A DNA stretch of 64,000 nt from NCBI GenBank assembly GCA_010093815.1, contig ML996579.1; one strand, given 5' to 3'. This document shows positions 12,885-26,089 of this stretch, piece by piece. Numbering within the stretch: position 1 is the first letter of the stretch; each line of letters opens with the position of its first letter. Under the pieces are notes generated by a model, which saw only the letters and a list, made by a program, of their open reading frames with translations, did not search any database and was not told the DNA's origin. The translations under genes were made by a program, and so were the position numbers. The stretch is from Pseudovirgaria hyperparasitica. Lineage: Eukaryota.

Positions 12885-15827
12885 TCAACACCCCTCCCCA
12901 GTAACAACATTCCCCTCCACCCTCCTCTCCCTATCAATCACCACCCCACTCCCCTGCGCCCGCTCAACACCCTGCAACAAGCTGCCCTTCCCAAACACAC
13001 TATCCTCACGCAAATCGACCATCGGCCCCTTCGCCCTACTCCCATCCATCACGCCCCGCCCCGTGCTTCCACCGCCCTGACTCGGTCCCGCGCTCGCGAG
13101 CAAGCCCTGGCCCGTGAAGGCGTCCTCGGAGCGTTCGACGGCGTACGGGTTCTCCTGGGTGTGTAGTGCAGACGGAGGGGCGGGGCCACCGCCACGCGTC
13201 AGGGTGTTTGCACGCGGGCGCGCGCGCCAGTCTGTGGACGGGGGGATGCTGGCGTAGGGGTTGTCTGTTGCTAGACTGGTGGCGTTTTCGATGAGATTGC
13301 CGGCGGCGGTGTCGGCGGGCTTGAAGCCTTTGCCCTTGAGGGCGTGCTGCGGGGGTTCTTTGTACTGAGGGGTCAGGTCTACGAGGGGTTTGGGCTGGGC
13401 GGGCGGAGGCCGGCGGAGTGACTTTGTGTGTTTCAGGTCGGAGGAGTTGCGTTTGTGGGTTGAGCGGACGGAGGAGTTGCGGGTCAGGCCCGAAGATGAT
13501 GGCTGTGCGGCGTCGGTGGAGGGTGGAAGAGGGAAGGCTGTGGTGTTGAGGAGGGAGGGACCATCGGTAAAGGGGCCGCTGGCGAGGGAGTTTTGCAGCA
13601 CGATTTCGCGGTCGCGCTCCGCCTTTTCTCGTTGCCGCTCTGTGTAGATTTTGCCAAGCAGCCCGGTCGAGGCAAACGTGTTGTCGGTGGTAGAGATCAG
13701 GGGTGTGGGCTGGGTTCGTGCGGCTTTTGCGGTTCTGGTAATGGGGTTGGATGGATTTGTTTCCGTTTCGGAAAAGTACTCTGGAAAGGACGATGGCGGC
13801 GGAGCTTTCTGTCGCATTGACATCTTACGCACATGCATCGTCTTGGAGTCCTTCTCGTTTAGCGTCGAGCCGGCAAGATGGAGGGGAGGGAGGACGACTT
13901 CTGCAAACTCCATCTGGTTGAACGTGTCGGAGTCGAGCATGGGCTGGAACGTGCCGAGCATGTAGTGGGAGTCGACAGAGGATTTGTTCTTCGTGTGTCC
14001 GCCGGCAGCAGCAGCACTGCCAAAGTTCAGGTCCAGCTTGAACGGGGTCGCAGAGGCAGCTTCTTTGGCTTTCTTGCCCTCGCCCATGATGTTGACGAGA
14101 TACCAGCTCCTCCAGCCTTGTACGGCCTGGTAGAACCTCGTCGCCGTATCTCGATCGCTCGAGCAAAAGAAGTGTACGAAGCTTGTTGTGTCTGAAAAGA
14201 TATTCGACTTTTGCTGACTCTTGACCGCGAAGCAGGTCTTCTTGGGAGGCTTGATCGACCTCAGCTTGCGCTGTGTCGGCGTGTAGATGTCAAAATCCGA
14301 CAAGTGGCACATGCTACTCTCATCCTTTCCCGTTTCGTTCTTGGCAGTGAGCATCTGTCCATCAGACTTGAGGCTGATCCACTCCTTCTTCCACTTGCCC
14401 GGCTTTTGCGAATGATAGAGATAGCCAGCGAACTCGGGCTTCTCCTTGGGTATCTTAGACTCGTCTAGCTCTTCGTCGGCGCCGCTCGTGATGGGAACGA
14501 GCAGCAAAGAGTTCTGTGTATCGCTGTCCCAAGTATTCATCACATCTCTGACATGCTCGTACTTGCGCAGCGGTCTTTGAACTCCGACTTTGCCGAACCC
14601 TTCGAGCAGTACTGACATGCTGACGTCAATCTTCTCGGTGAGCACAGTCTCGCATGATCGTATCAGGTCGACCGGCGTCGTCAGAGGCGTGACAGGCAGC
14701 CTGATCTGCTTCTCATTGCACTCTATGAGCACCCTCCTGTCGCCTGCATTGACCGCAGAGATTGGTGCATCCGTCCCGGGCACGATCCCACCGCCTCCTG
14801 CTCTGATGTAGGGATCTGGTAGGGCGGCATCCCTGGCTTTTTGTTGGTCTACTTCCCGCTGACCTGGTACGTCCCCTGTCCGGTGATGTCTTGGATTATC
14901 TTGGCTCCTCTTCCTCAAAAAACTGATCTTGTCCTTGATTCTGCTGGGAGAATGCTGCTCTGGCTTGTTGTCAGGAGGCGACGCAGGGGGAGAGACCCGA
15001 CGAGCATTCAAGTTGGGTGCTTCTCGTTGTATTCTCTTCGCAATCTCGCGCCGCTCGTTCGACGCCCGTATAGCAGCCTCCCTCTCCTGCTCTACCTTTT
15101 GTTGAGCTTTCTCCTTCGCCTGTAGAGTCTTCTCCTTTTCTTCCAGTGCCCTTGCTTTCTCCTTCAGGAACTTCTGCTGCTGCACTATATCTGCCTCCTG
15201 TTTCGCCCTGACTTGCTGTTCCTCAATCGCCCTCTTTGCGCGGAGTTCTTCTTGTGCCTGCACCTGCTTCTTCTCCTCGGCCTCGACTCGTCGCTCTGCT
15301 CTCAATTTTGCGCTAACCTTTCTTTGTCTCTCAGCTTCGGCCTCCATCAGCTGACGCGCCTCTACATGCGCAGTCTTGGGTGGCTCTCGAGAGACGCGCT
15401 CTACCAGGGTCTGAGCCGGCATCCGGGGCGGACTCCTCATGACTGATGTTGGCGGTGAAGTTGGCGCCTTCCTACTTGTCGTCCCTCGACGTGCATATCG
15501 CGAGGGCTGTGCAGAGGAATTAAGGGTCGCAGCGCGGGCTCTGGACACGGTCGCATTGGCGTTTGCTGGTAGAGGTGGTGGAGCCGGAGCAGCCATGTCC
15601 TGAGTGTTTGCGCGTTTCGGTGCGGCGAACGACTGATTATTACTGCTCGTAGTAGGACGCTGTCGGTGATATCGAGACATGCTTCTTCCCAGGGTCTCTG
15701 ATTTCGCAGGAGATTCTGAGGGCTCAAAGGGCGGCAGCGGAGGCGACTCTTCCAGATGGTGGGAGGATTGGGCTTTGCGCACGGAGCGATAGCGCGAGAA
15801 CTTCTGCTGTTCAACGTCGGCTGCCAT
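12885..15827 (-). CDS. Conserved fungal protein with coiled coil, ubiquitin/RA-like domain and PH domain
   Basis: Intronless 980-aa ORF. Has an E/K/Q coiled coil, RA-like segment (LPVTPLTTPVDLI...VQRPLRKYEHVRDVMNTW) and PH domain (GYLYHSQKPGKWKKEWISL...FAVKSQQK...FYQAVQGW). Confidence 0.85.
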   Translation of the reverse strand: MAADVEQQKFSRYRSVRKAQSSHHLEESPPLPPFEPSESPAKSETLGRSMSRYHRQRPTTSSNNQSFAAPKRANTQDMAAPAPPPLPANANATVSRARAATLNSSAQPSRYARRGTTSRKAPTSPPTSVMRSPPRMPAQTLVERVSREPPKTAHVEARQLMEAEAERQRKVSAKLRAERRVEAEEKKQVQAQEELRAKRAIEEQQVRAKQEADIVQQQKFLKEKARALEEKEKTLQAKEKAQQKVEQEREAAIRASNERREIAKRIQREAPNLNARRVSPPASPPDNKPEQHSPSRIKDKISFLRKRSQDNPRHHRTGDVPGQREVDQQKARDAALPDPYIRAGGGGIVPGTDAPISAVNAGDRRVLIECNEKQIRLPVTPLTTPVDLIRSCETVLTEKIDVSMSVLLEGFGKVGVQRPLRKYEHVRDVMNTWDSDTQNSLLLVPITSGADEELDESKIPKEKPEFAGYLYHSQKPGKWKKEWISLKSDGQMLTAKNETGKDESSMCHLSDFDIYTPTQRKLRSIKPPKKTCFAVKSQQKSNIFSDTTSFVHFFCSSDRDTATRFYQAVQGWRSWYLVNIMGEGKKAKEAASATPFKLDLNFGSAAAAGGHTKNKSSVDSHYMLGTFQPMLDSDTFNQMEFAEVVLPPLHLAGSTLNEKDSKTMHVRKMSMRQKAPPPSSFPEYFSETETNPSNPITRTAKAARTQPTPLISTTDNTFASTGLLGKIYTERQREKAERDREIVLQNSLASGPFTDGPSLLNTTAFPLPPSTDAAQPSSSGLTRNSSVRSTHKRNSSDLKHTKSLRRPPPAQPKPLVDLTPQYKEPPQHALKGKGFKPADTAAGNLIENATSLATDNPYASIPPSTDWRARPRANTLTRGGGPAPPSALHTQENPYAVERSEDAFTGQGLLASAGPSQGGGSTGRGVMDGSRAKGPMVDLREDSVFGKGSLLQGVERAQGSGVVIDRERRVEGNVVTGEGC

Positions 15828-17242
15828 GCTGTGCTATCACGGCGTGGAAGGGTGGAAGGGTGGAAATGTGGACTGTTGTTTCGGAGCCGGGGCGTGAAGG
15901 GATTCGGGAGTTTTCAGGATGAACGGATGGCGGACTTGTTTAATTAGTGGAGCAAGTGGAGAACCTGGAAAGTGTCCAGCGCGCAGGCCTGACAGCAAGA
16001 ATCGGAATATTGTATGAAACACACGCGGAATTTGAGATGGACAGAAGTTACAATGATGAATTAATGTTGCTCATATCGTTTCGCAAAAGAAATCATGGCA
16101 GCATCTCACGTGTCACTGCAGCAGGGCGCGAGGCACAGCAGAGAAACCGTCAATCCACCCACTTGTTGCCCCTGACAGCTCGCAATCTCGTTTGTGCTGC
16201 ACGTTCTGTTTTTTGCTTTTGCCGCTCAACATTGCGCAGTGTAGCCATAGCACGTAATACGTAGCATTGACTCTCTCACAGCTACCGGGTTACACTCTTC
16301 CAGACTTCCTATCGCTATCGCTATCGCTATCGTAGCCGCAGCGCCGACGTACGGAAACCATGGCTGATCTATATTAGCCATGTTAGCCATCAAACTTCGC
16401 CCGTCCGCCGGTCAAGTCTATCGCTCTTCTTGTCGTCTATTCTGCCCCTGAGCAACCAAAGCCAGGGGCAATTAGAGCCGTAAGCCACAAGCCACAATGC
16501 CCTTCTAACTGCCTACCGGACGCATGTCAGCAGCAGGCAATCGGGCTATTCATTAGTATGGTCTGATCGCCAGGGCTGCAGCTGCAATTTCCCGCAACCT
16601 CAGGTCGTCAGTCCGTCCTTTGTAGTGAGTAATTACTGTACAAGCTGTCAGTGGCAGGACACTGAGATACACTCACACCACGCCAAGCCGTACAGACGTG
16701 TGGTGAATGGCGAATAATCTCCGTCTGCTCTGTGGTTCCCTCGTCTTCTTTACCGCTTTGCGCTATCACCTTCTTGTTCCCCTCCCTGCGCTTCCTAACT
16801 GCTCTCCGCCTTCCACCACAGCATCGCATTGACGCGACAGCAGCAATCCAGATGGTGGAATTGGGGAGTGTTTGGCTGATGAGACGGATACCAAGGGGAG
16901 GTGACCGCGAGGCAGAGCGATTTAAGTCGGTATATAACCTACATTTGGAGCATTGGCTGTACAATACCGCTTCTAAGCTGCATTTTATATGCCAAAACTT
17001 CAGCACAGCATGTCAAACCTAGAAACGTCAATTTCTATCAATCGCATTGATCAGCTCAAATCATTCATCTATGGCCTGTCTTCCAAAATGCCCACGTGCT
17101 CATATGCCGTCTTGGGTATCATACCATCAGTCAAACTTGCCCATTCATGCCGAAACCTCCATCGTCCATCCATCCAGTATCACCAAACTCCATTCCATGC
17201 CTCCAAATGCAAAGCTAATCTCGCCATGTCACCATCGTTGCC

Positions 17243-19024
17243 CTACCTCCACAGATCCCGACTGTCCCGCTTACTCTTTCCTCCAAAAAGGCTCGATCTT
17301 TCAGGGGGTCTCAGATTAAACTCGGATCTCATTGGACTTGTCGCCGGGCTGCCTCCAAATACACTTCCCCCAAATGCACTGCCCCGACTACTCGGCCTGG
17401 CCCCGTCATCCATGTCAGGCACAACCAAGAAGCCACCGAATCCGTTCCCGACCATCGTGCTACGCCTGCTCGAACCGCCCCACTGCGAACCAAGGCCCTT
17501 TTCGGCTTCATACTGCGAGATCGGGCGCCCGCCACTCATACTGCCACGACGCCCGGCTGTGTCTGACGGGATCACGGACGTGTAGACCCATTCCATCTCT
17601 GACTGGCCCTTGGTGTACACTTCGAGGGGCTGTGTGAGTCGAGGCGCGGGCGCGGCTTTGAAGGCAGGTGCAGGAGGTGCGAGGAGGAGACGGGCGGGGA
17701 AATCGGAGTCGCGGACGTAGATTGAGCGCAGACCAGGGAAGAACCCGTTCTGGAGGGAGTTTTGGAGATAGGTGTAGTACGAGGCGGTCGGGGGATGGAG
17801 GGACTGCGAGTTGTCGGACGCAGAAGTGATTTCGTAGTGCAGGGTGCGCAGGGAGATGGACTGGAGTGGTGCGATGGGATCGATCGGAAGAGACATGCTG
17901 ACACTATCTGTATAGTTGAGGTATACCAGGTCGCTGGCTCGTTTGAGCAGCTTGTGGAGGTCAGGAACCCTGATGTGAGTGCCGGAGATGGTGAGATGCG
18001 TAAGATTACCGCGCGCCACGCCATCATTAAGAAAGTGTAAAAGGCCGTCAATTGATACCGGGACATGTTTCAGGGTGAGTTTTGACAGAGCAGGAAAGTG
18101 TGGTATTCCTGGAGCTGAATGGAATACTTGATCGCCGAACCAGTCTGCCTCGGTCACGAGAAGCTCCTTGAGATATCTTAAGCTGCCGACGACCTGACGA
18201 AATACGGCAGGCTCGACATGTATCCCAGAAATGTCCAGGATCTGAAGTTCAGGCCAATGCCCACGTTCCAGCTGCTCAAAATTCCTTTCTGCACCGGCAC
18301 GATACTTCATTTGCCTAATGTGCCGACACCTAGACATTAATTCATTTGTGAGGGTCGAGCTCAAGCTATCTCCGCTATAGCAGCCGTCTGGCAAGTCGAT
18401 ATATTGCAGGTTCGGCACAACCGAGACGCAGCGGGCGAGCTCGGCTTGACAGGTCTCCCGTGTCATGTAGGGCGTTTTGAGAAACGTTACACTTTGCCAT
18501 AGAAACTCGCTTTCTTTCAGTGTACGCTGGAGCAGCTGCAGCCGCAATGTTGGGGGGTCCGGGGCTTCTGCATGTCGACTTCGGCGTGATTTACGTTCAC
18601 GCTGTTCTTGAAAGTATGCCTCTAGTTCACAGAAATGGACAGCATCGATACGGATGTTATAGTATCTGGCTGCCGTCAGCAAGCTTGACAAACGGCCGAG
18701 GCTTTTTGCAACTCACAATAGCCCAGCTGCCGGTCCATACCACGAACGTTTGACCAAGCAGCAGTTGGAAAGATCGCGTAGGTCACAGACCGAACAGCCA
18801 TCTACAATGTAGGTCTCCTCTAGCGGCTTATGACTCTTGTCTCTCGAGTGTGGACAGACCAGAGCGAATATTCTCTTCAAAATCTCCTTGTCCAGGCGTG
18901 AGGTATAGTCAGGGCCGGTCGGATACCATGTGGGCTGTCGTTGCTTCGGGCTGGTCTGCAACTCTTTCTCTTTCTCTTTCTGTCTGAGCTTCGTGCTCGA
19001 CTTGAAATGTTTCATGAACTTCAT
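17243..19024 (-). CDS. F-box / leucine-rich-repeat protein
   Basis: Exon 1 19024-18717 has an F-box-like segment (LDKEILKRIFALV...DLSNCCLVKRSWY). Intron 18716-18666 (GTGAGT...GCTGAC...CAG). Exon 2 has LRR-like LxxLxL repeats (LQYIDL, LQILDI, LKELLV, LSKLTL). Confidence 0.82.
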
Positions 19025-21081
19025 GGCTCTGCATAAAAGGCCGTGTCTGGGAGTAGGGTTAGAAGAGCGTCGTCGCAGGCACGCGAGCGCGGACTAGATC
19101 GGGCTCGAGGGGTTTTTAAAACTATGTGAGGAAACACAATGCTGTAGAGAAAGCAGCGCAAATATCGTAAAAGACATGAAATCGTATGGCATGAGGACTG
19201 CAAAGAAATCGCCGACTTACTTTCTCCTGGGCTGATGCGCCCGAGTCCAAGAGCTGGGGCGGGGCACCGTGAGCTCCGGCGGAGTGGGTGGGTCTGTTGG
19301 CTGCCGAGACGCCATCTTTGAGGTTGGAGCAGTCAAGCGTCGACAATGATTGATCCAGCTTGCCGCCTTGCGGGGACTTTGGTCTTGTCAACTCGGGCAC
19401 CAATTGCAGCGACGTTTCTAGTCGATTATCACAACCTGAAACACACTCGAGCGAGCCAGGGAACTAGATGCCAGCAGTCCGTCTCGAGCAGTGACGAGTA
19501 GGGGGAATATCCTCTACCACAACGGAACGAATCGCTGTTGACCGATGATGTTATCGGAATGACAGTGGGCGATCGATGGGACTTAGTAAAGCCGCTGAAG
19601 CCTGCTTCTGGCAAACGCACACACAAAAGAAGCGCTGGTGTGGAGTTTAGTGATGAATATAAAATTAGACGGATAGCCCTTGGGGAAGGTTATTAACAAC
19701 GTGAGCCAACAAGCCCCCAGCTACCAATACTTGACTTCAACAGCGCATCGCACAGCATCTCCGTTACCCGTTTGACCGCACAATGGCTTCCCTTGTTCTT
19801 TGTGTCGCCCTTGCGTCGCTATAACGCAGTGCGCTGAGATGACCATTGTGCACACAAAGCTATCCATACCGGTGGACCGGAGTCGGATGAACTCGAATTT
19901 TGTGAAGAATGAAAGACGTGGCTGATGGCCTCACCTACCTTGACTATGCTTATTCACAGTGTGAAGACTGTCAAAGGCCAATTGCTCTGCTGTCATGCTG
20001 TTAACCATCCTCCCCTATACCAATATCACAGTTTGCTCACTATCATCTATCATGACGACGATGCTCACCAAAGCCATCTGGCCTGGCATATCGCCGTGCG
20101 TTACCACCTATGCATAGATACGTGTCGTAAGTTGTCTGGTCTCACTTGTCTTGTTCGACTGGCTTTTGTTGTTTGTTATGAGACCTGGCGAAGGTCCCAA
20201 GCTTCATGCTGTCAGATTGTAACCCATCTGTTCAGCCGCTGTCAGGCCATGACACAACGAGGGAGTGACTGCGTAGCTATCATCGATACCTACAAAGATT
20301 GAGTTTATGGAAAGTCTGCATATAGCTTCGAGGGAGTCAACAATAGAAGTAGTCATATTCAAAGACTATATGATTGAGCCAGGGCAAGGCATGCTCATCT
20401 ATCCATACCGACTAGGTTGCAGGAGTCTTGGAGCTCCTTGCACGCTGTAGTGCATTGTTCTATAGAAGCCCACTCAGCATGTTAATAGGACACTCCAAGC
20501 CACTGTCTACAGTTCACTGCTCCCAACTCCTTGACCGGTATACCAATCCATCTTCAAGGCACAATCCGTCCCATGTCGTCCTTGAACTATAGCGCACAGC
20601 GCGCACCGTTGACGAGGATGACTTCTCTAGTGTGCGCGCCCAGACACTTTATCCTGGCCGACACCACCGACTCGAACTAAAACTCCAGACGACGCCTGCT
20701 CAGGCCAACTCCTCCGACCGACTGAGAGCTCTCCTTTCATCCTCACGATTATCCTGATCGCATAATCCCTGATTTTCGTCACTCACTTTCGACTTCTGTC
20801 ACTTCAATTCGCTTTTGCAATTGTCCTCTTTACTTGTCCAGACCGCCAAACTATCCCATAGTCCTGCCGAACTAGTCGAACCAACTTTCTGCACTTTTTT
20901 CCCTGGTACCTACTACCAAGGTAAAGTCCCATTGATACTTCTCACATCCAATCGTAAGTACACTCTCATCTAGTGCCTCAGCGATGACTAACAGAGGACT
21001 CTGCAGCCTCTTTTCAAAATCCCTCGTCCGCTACACACTACCTCTCATAATCCACTCGTCCCCGGCTGCCGAACCCAGAAC

Positions 21082-23123
21082 ATGTCGAGTGCACCTCAAG
21101 GGAGCAACCTCGACAAGTATGTGGTGATTCATATTGCTACTACCTGCGACGAGCATGGTGTCTATGTGACAAAGGACTCTGCTGAAGTCATCGAAGTCGG
21201 TGCCATCATTGTGGATGCAAAAACTCTTGAAGAGGTGCGTTGCTCGCTCAAGATTGCTACCAAGTGACCCATCACGCTGACGGATGGTTACCTGCAGGCC
21301 TATCGGGAGAGCACCTTGGTCAAACCTGTCAATACCCCAATCACTCCTCTCTGCAGTAAGTCTCCCAGATAATGCTTGCTCGTCTCCATTGCCACTGCTA
21401 ACGTTGGACTTCGTCTGTAGCTAGCCTGACTACCCTCACCTGGGAACACGTCCGAAATGCAGGAACCTTCCGTGATGCTATCAATCGAGTCGATACGTTT
21501 GTTCAAGAACATCTTCTGTCTAAGAACCTCGAATTCGCCTTTGTGACACTTGACTCCTGGGATCTCCGTGTGCAGCTTCCACGTGAAGCCAGGGACAAAT
21601 CTGTCGTGCTGCCTCCGTACCTCCAACACTCGCGTACATTTGATTTGAGAACAGAATACCAAAGATGGCAAGCACACCACCCCGAATCCTTGCCCTTCGG
21701 CTCCTCGGCCCTGTCAAACATATGTGCTGCCTTGGAGGTGGAGCCTGTGCAAGCTTCTGCGCCTATCAAACACAATCTGCCCTTTCACCTTCAAGCGCTG
21801 GCCCCTGCGTCCCCTAGGCGAGCCATGGAAGAAGCTGTGACCTTGACAAGAGTTCTTCGGGGTCTCATCAGGAAATCTCAGCCTCCCCACGACCACCCTG
21901 ACGTCCTCACTCGCCCAATGGATGCTCGTGCCGATGTTCGTGCCTTCCTCTCGGAGCGAAGCAAAGTCTTGCACATGAGCGGCCTTCCCCACGATACCAC
22001 TCAATCTGAGCTCGAAAGCTGGTTCACTCAGTTTGGTGGCCGACCAATTGCATTCTGGACGCTGCGTACTCCCGACCAACACAAGCCGACTGGCACTGGA
22101 TTCGCCGTATTCTCGTCCCACGAAGAAGTGAGAAGCCCCACAAGACTACATCTAGAAAATACTAATGCTAACCTTGGATAGGCTGCCGAAAGTTTGTGCA
22201 TGAATGGCCGCGCTCTCAACGAAAAGGCCATCGAAGTTTCGCCATCGTCTAGCCGCGTCCTTGACAGAGCCGCCGATATCCTGACACCTTTCCCGCCCAG
22301 CAAAAACCGCCCACGTCCAGGTGATTGGACATGTCCATCGTGTGGTTTCTCAAACTTCCAGCGCCGTACAGCTTGTTTCCGATGCTCTTTCCCTGCCATG
22401 TCTGCTGCTGGTGGTGGCGCTGGACCTTCAAATGACATGAGTTATGGCGGTGGGTACGGCTATGGAGGCCACCCAGGAATGATGCCCCCTCAACACCATA
22501 TGGGCCATGGTCATGGCATGGGTCACGGCCGCGGCGGTGGTGGTGGTTCAGGAGTAGTACCCTTTCGAGCTGGCGACTGGAAGTGTGGTGGAGAAGGATG
22601 CAACTATCACAACTTTGCCAAGAATGTTAGCTGCCTCCGTTGCGGAGCAAGTCGTGCTGGTGCTGCTGTCGTCGCAGATTCTGCCTTCCCATCTCCAATG
22701 GATAACCAACAATCCAACTTTGGTATGGGTCCTCCATCTATGACTGGCACTCCAGGACCTTCCCATTACGGCGGTGCATCCTTCGGGTCTGCTCCCGGCT
22801 TCCCGGGTGGCCAGTATGGAGGCCCTCCAAGTACCTACGCACTTCCTTCTGGCATGGGTGGTGCTAGTCCTTATCCTCCCATGGGTGCTCAATACGCACC
22901 GAACGGTGGAATGCAATCGACTCCGTTTGACAGTCGTGCAGCTGAAGCTGCATTCACCTCAGCTGGACAAATGCCCCCTTCTGCTGGCGCCGGCTTCTCC
23001 AATGGAAACTTTCAGGAGGGACAGTCTGACCCTTTCCCATTCCTCTCAGGGGGTCTAGGAAACCTTTCTATTAGCAACGACAATCGCAACAATCCTAATT
23101 CGAACAACAAGTCTCCCGCATAA
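21082..23123 (+). CDS. NRP1: Nrp1/Arp-like RNA-binding protein (exonuclease-like N-terminus, RRM, two RanBP2 zinc fingers)
   Basis: Introns 21236-21297, 21356-21420 and 22128-22181. RRM SKVLHMSGLPHDTTQSELESWF...TGFAVF; zinc fingers RPGDWTCPSCGFSNFQRRTACFRC and RAGDWKCGGEGCNYHNFAKNVSCLRC; Asn-rich C-terminus. Confidence 0.88.
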
Positions 23124-24524
23124 TTCTGAGCATCTGATTTAAAGCGTGGATCAGGGTCTGGAGATCGGTATGGAAAAGTTCTTGAGCGACCAACGGCATG
23201 GAATGGTGAATCTGTTTAATTCGGTTGGGGCAGGAGTTCTTCAAGATTGGACATATCGCGCCATCTACTTTGAGCCTGGAGCATGGTTGGGGGTGGGACA
23301 CTGGCATAGAACGGACAAATTGCGATTTATCAAAACCAGGTGGCGGTTCCAATGGTGTTCTTTTTCAAGCTTGGATCTTCGGGAGATGGGGGCGTGGATC
23401 TTTTCAGTCTCAACCGCCAGCGTTACCGGGGGAGCTGTGTAGCTTTTCTTTCTCTCTTTCTCTCTTTTTTCGAGATTTTGCTTTGTCGCCTTTCGCTACC
23501 ATGTCTACGGCCGCCGCGTGAGACGCCGATTGGGTGATGCCGAAATATGAAATTGTGCAATTACTCTTACTTTGTTTCTAAAAAGTCGTGCGATTTCTTG
23601 AATCGCATAATAGCTATTCGATTTCGGCACCGAATCTCACGTTTCCTTTCGAACAAAGTCTAATCCTTACTCGTCTCATGTTGAAGAGTACAACATGGTA
23701 TTGAGACAACCTGTATCTCTCTGTGCTCACAGTTTCATCCACTAATCGATCTATTGAGCTGACCTAGACCTAAAACTATAGCTCTGCTGCTCTCATGACA
23801 TATAGGATTCAGTCACATAACCCACACGGCTCTTGCGGTCTATAATCTAGTTTATTGATGGCACGCTTCTGACATCCCTTAGTACCTGCTACCGTGTGAT
23901 GTATTTTTCTATCAGACAACAGCACTTACGGCCCGTCCTACATCTTGTCTGCACATCAAGATCACATAACATAGCCATAGGTCTAAATCCATCGAAACAT
24001 GCAGTAGACAAGAAGAAATATCACGACTGGGGGGAAAGAAATTTTTTTTACCAGTACTAGTGAGTTGTTGGACGTCCAAGGTTTTGGTTAAGTCCACGCG
24101 CTGGAACCATGGAAACGCAGCCGGACGTACCGCGGAGTCAGAATTTTTTTTCTAGAAAAATTTGCTAACAAGGGATGGTTTATTGGCATATAAAGAGGTG
24201 GCTACTCCCTGTTCTTGATCGTGTTTTTTTCATCGTACGCGCTACACTGTCTTCCTCTTGATACTTCTTGTCAGCAAACACAACCAAATCACATATCAAC
24301 ACCAGATCAACACAAGCATTTGTAAGTATTAGCACCTTTCTCTTACTCTTCCAACTCAGCCATTCCATGGTTATTTCATACCCCATACTCTCAACTATCA
24401 CATTCATAGTTCATGAAACACCTAATACCACCATCTCATCACAACCCCTTTTGCATACCCAACACAACACTAATACATCCATCTAGTCCCAAAGACCTCA
24501 AATCACACCTACCCATCACCAACA

Positions 24525-25208
24525 ATGACCGTTCTATCCCACACGAAACGCGTCATTCTCGCTCTCCTCGCCACAAATATGGCATTCGCCCTCCCTTCAC
24601 ACCCGGCTTCCAACACAACTTGCACCGGTTATCCCATCTCCCAAGGCCCCGAAGACGCCTACACCGTCGCACCCGCCTGCCCCCCAGACTCCTCCACCCT
24701 CATGCTCTCCGCCCTCCCGGAATGCGCCCGCCTAGCCACCAACGCCGCCGCCGCGGCCCGCTCCGGAACAGCACCCCAACTCCGCACCATCTTCAAGACC
24801 ACCGACCCGGCCGTCCACGCACACATCGCCTCCACCTTCGACGCCATCGCCAGCGCCTGCGGCACCACCAGCACAACCAGCATCCCCACCATCCACTGCG
24901 GCGACGCCCCACCCCGAACGGAATGCACAACCGGCAAAGTCGCCGGCTACGCCACCGGCCACACCGTCGCCTTCTGCCCCTTCTTCTTCGGCCTGCCGCT
25001 GTTGCCGAGTAGTTGTGAGAAGTCGAAGAGTCGGGCGGGACTGGTGGTGCATGAGTTTGCGCATGTGCGGGACCTGGTGGGCGGGTGGATTGTGGATGTG
25101 GCGTATTTTCCGGAGGGGGTGTTGGGGTTGGGGACTGCGGATGCGTTGAGGAATGCGGATTCGTTTCATCTTTTTGCTGTGGGGGTGGAGATGGGGTGTT
25201 GGGTTTGA
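24525..25208 (+). CDS. Secreted M35 (deuterolysin/aspzincin) zinc metalloprotease, short form
   Basis: Signal peptide-like N-terminus, several Cys, HEFAH zinc motif, DVAY and NADSF (HEXXH+D aspzincin signature). Confidence 0.85.
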   Translation: MTVLSHTKRVILALLATNMAFALPSHPASNTTCTGYPISQGPEDAYTVAPACPPDSSTLMLSALPECARLATNAAAAARSGTAPQLRTIFKTTDPAVHAHIASTFDAIASACGTTSTTSIPTIHCGDAPPRTECTTGKVAGYATGHTVAFCPFFFGLPLLPSSCEKSKSRAGLVVHEFAHVRDLVGGWIVDVAYFPEGVLGLGTADALRNADSFHLFAVGVEMGCWV

Positions 25209-26089
25209 GAGGCAATGGAGGGATGGTGGAGGTTGTATCATTTGAGCGTTGCGTGGTATTAGGATAGTTCCATAGTTGATAGTTGATATACACGGTTCCT
25301 TTCTGTCCGTTTGTTGTAAAGCTAGTGTTGTCGTATATGTCGTGGTCAAGGGAGCCCTAGATGCAAGTTCGGACGACTGGAAAAAGGACACTGGATGTAC
25401 ACTAGATCAGTCCGTCTACGTTCGAGCATGTATGTAATCATGTATGCCATGTCAGCTCTTGAATGAAAACTAAAAGATCTAAGATCTTCTTACTCTCGGA
25501 TTCACCAGTCGGATTCGCTGATTATTAGGCATGCTTAGGCTACGCTGTCGATCTCAGGATTAATGACCTGCAGCTAGCCTTGGTCAAGATGATTGCATTA
25601 CGACTATTACTTAGCCGGATGCTGGGTTCTATCAAAGTAGTCGTAGAATGGTGAATTAGACATATGGTCTCAAGAGCAACTCGAAAGCTTTCACATCGTA
25701 GCCTGGTCTCGCCTCTCTTTTGTTCCAAATATCAGAAGAGGTTAGAGTGAACTCGTTGTTTTCACGCAAGTTGAGTTGCGTCTCTTATGCCACACGCAAT
25801 GCCCTGACCACCAAATGGAGGAAAGACGTGAGCAGCATCTCCGGTTGACACTGACTTGCCAGGGAACCAGCAATTCGCGACCTTATGCGTGAACGTAAAC
25901 GGCCTGCATTATAGAATCTCAATGCAGCTCAGTGGAAAGTTAATTTGTTGATGAAATAGTCTTCCACTCCCATCTTCATCCCTAGTTACGTTCGAACTTC
26001 TAGGATCATGATATTATGTTTAAGGATAAATTAAACTCCTTAATATTTCATTCTTTGAAACATTGATGGATGTTTCATTATTGGGGCGA

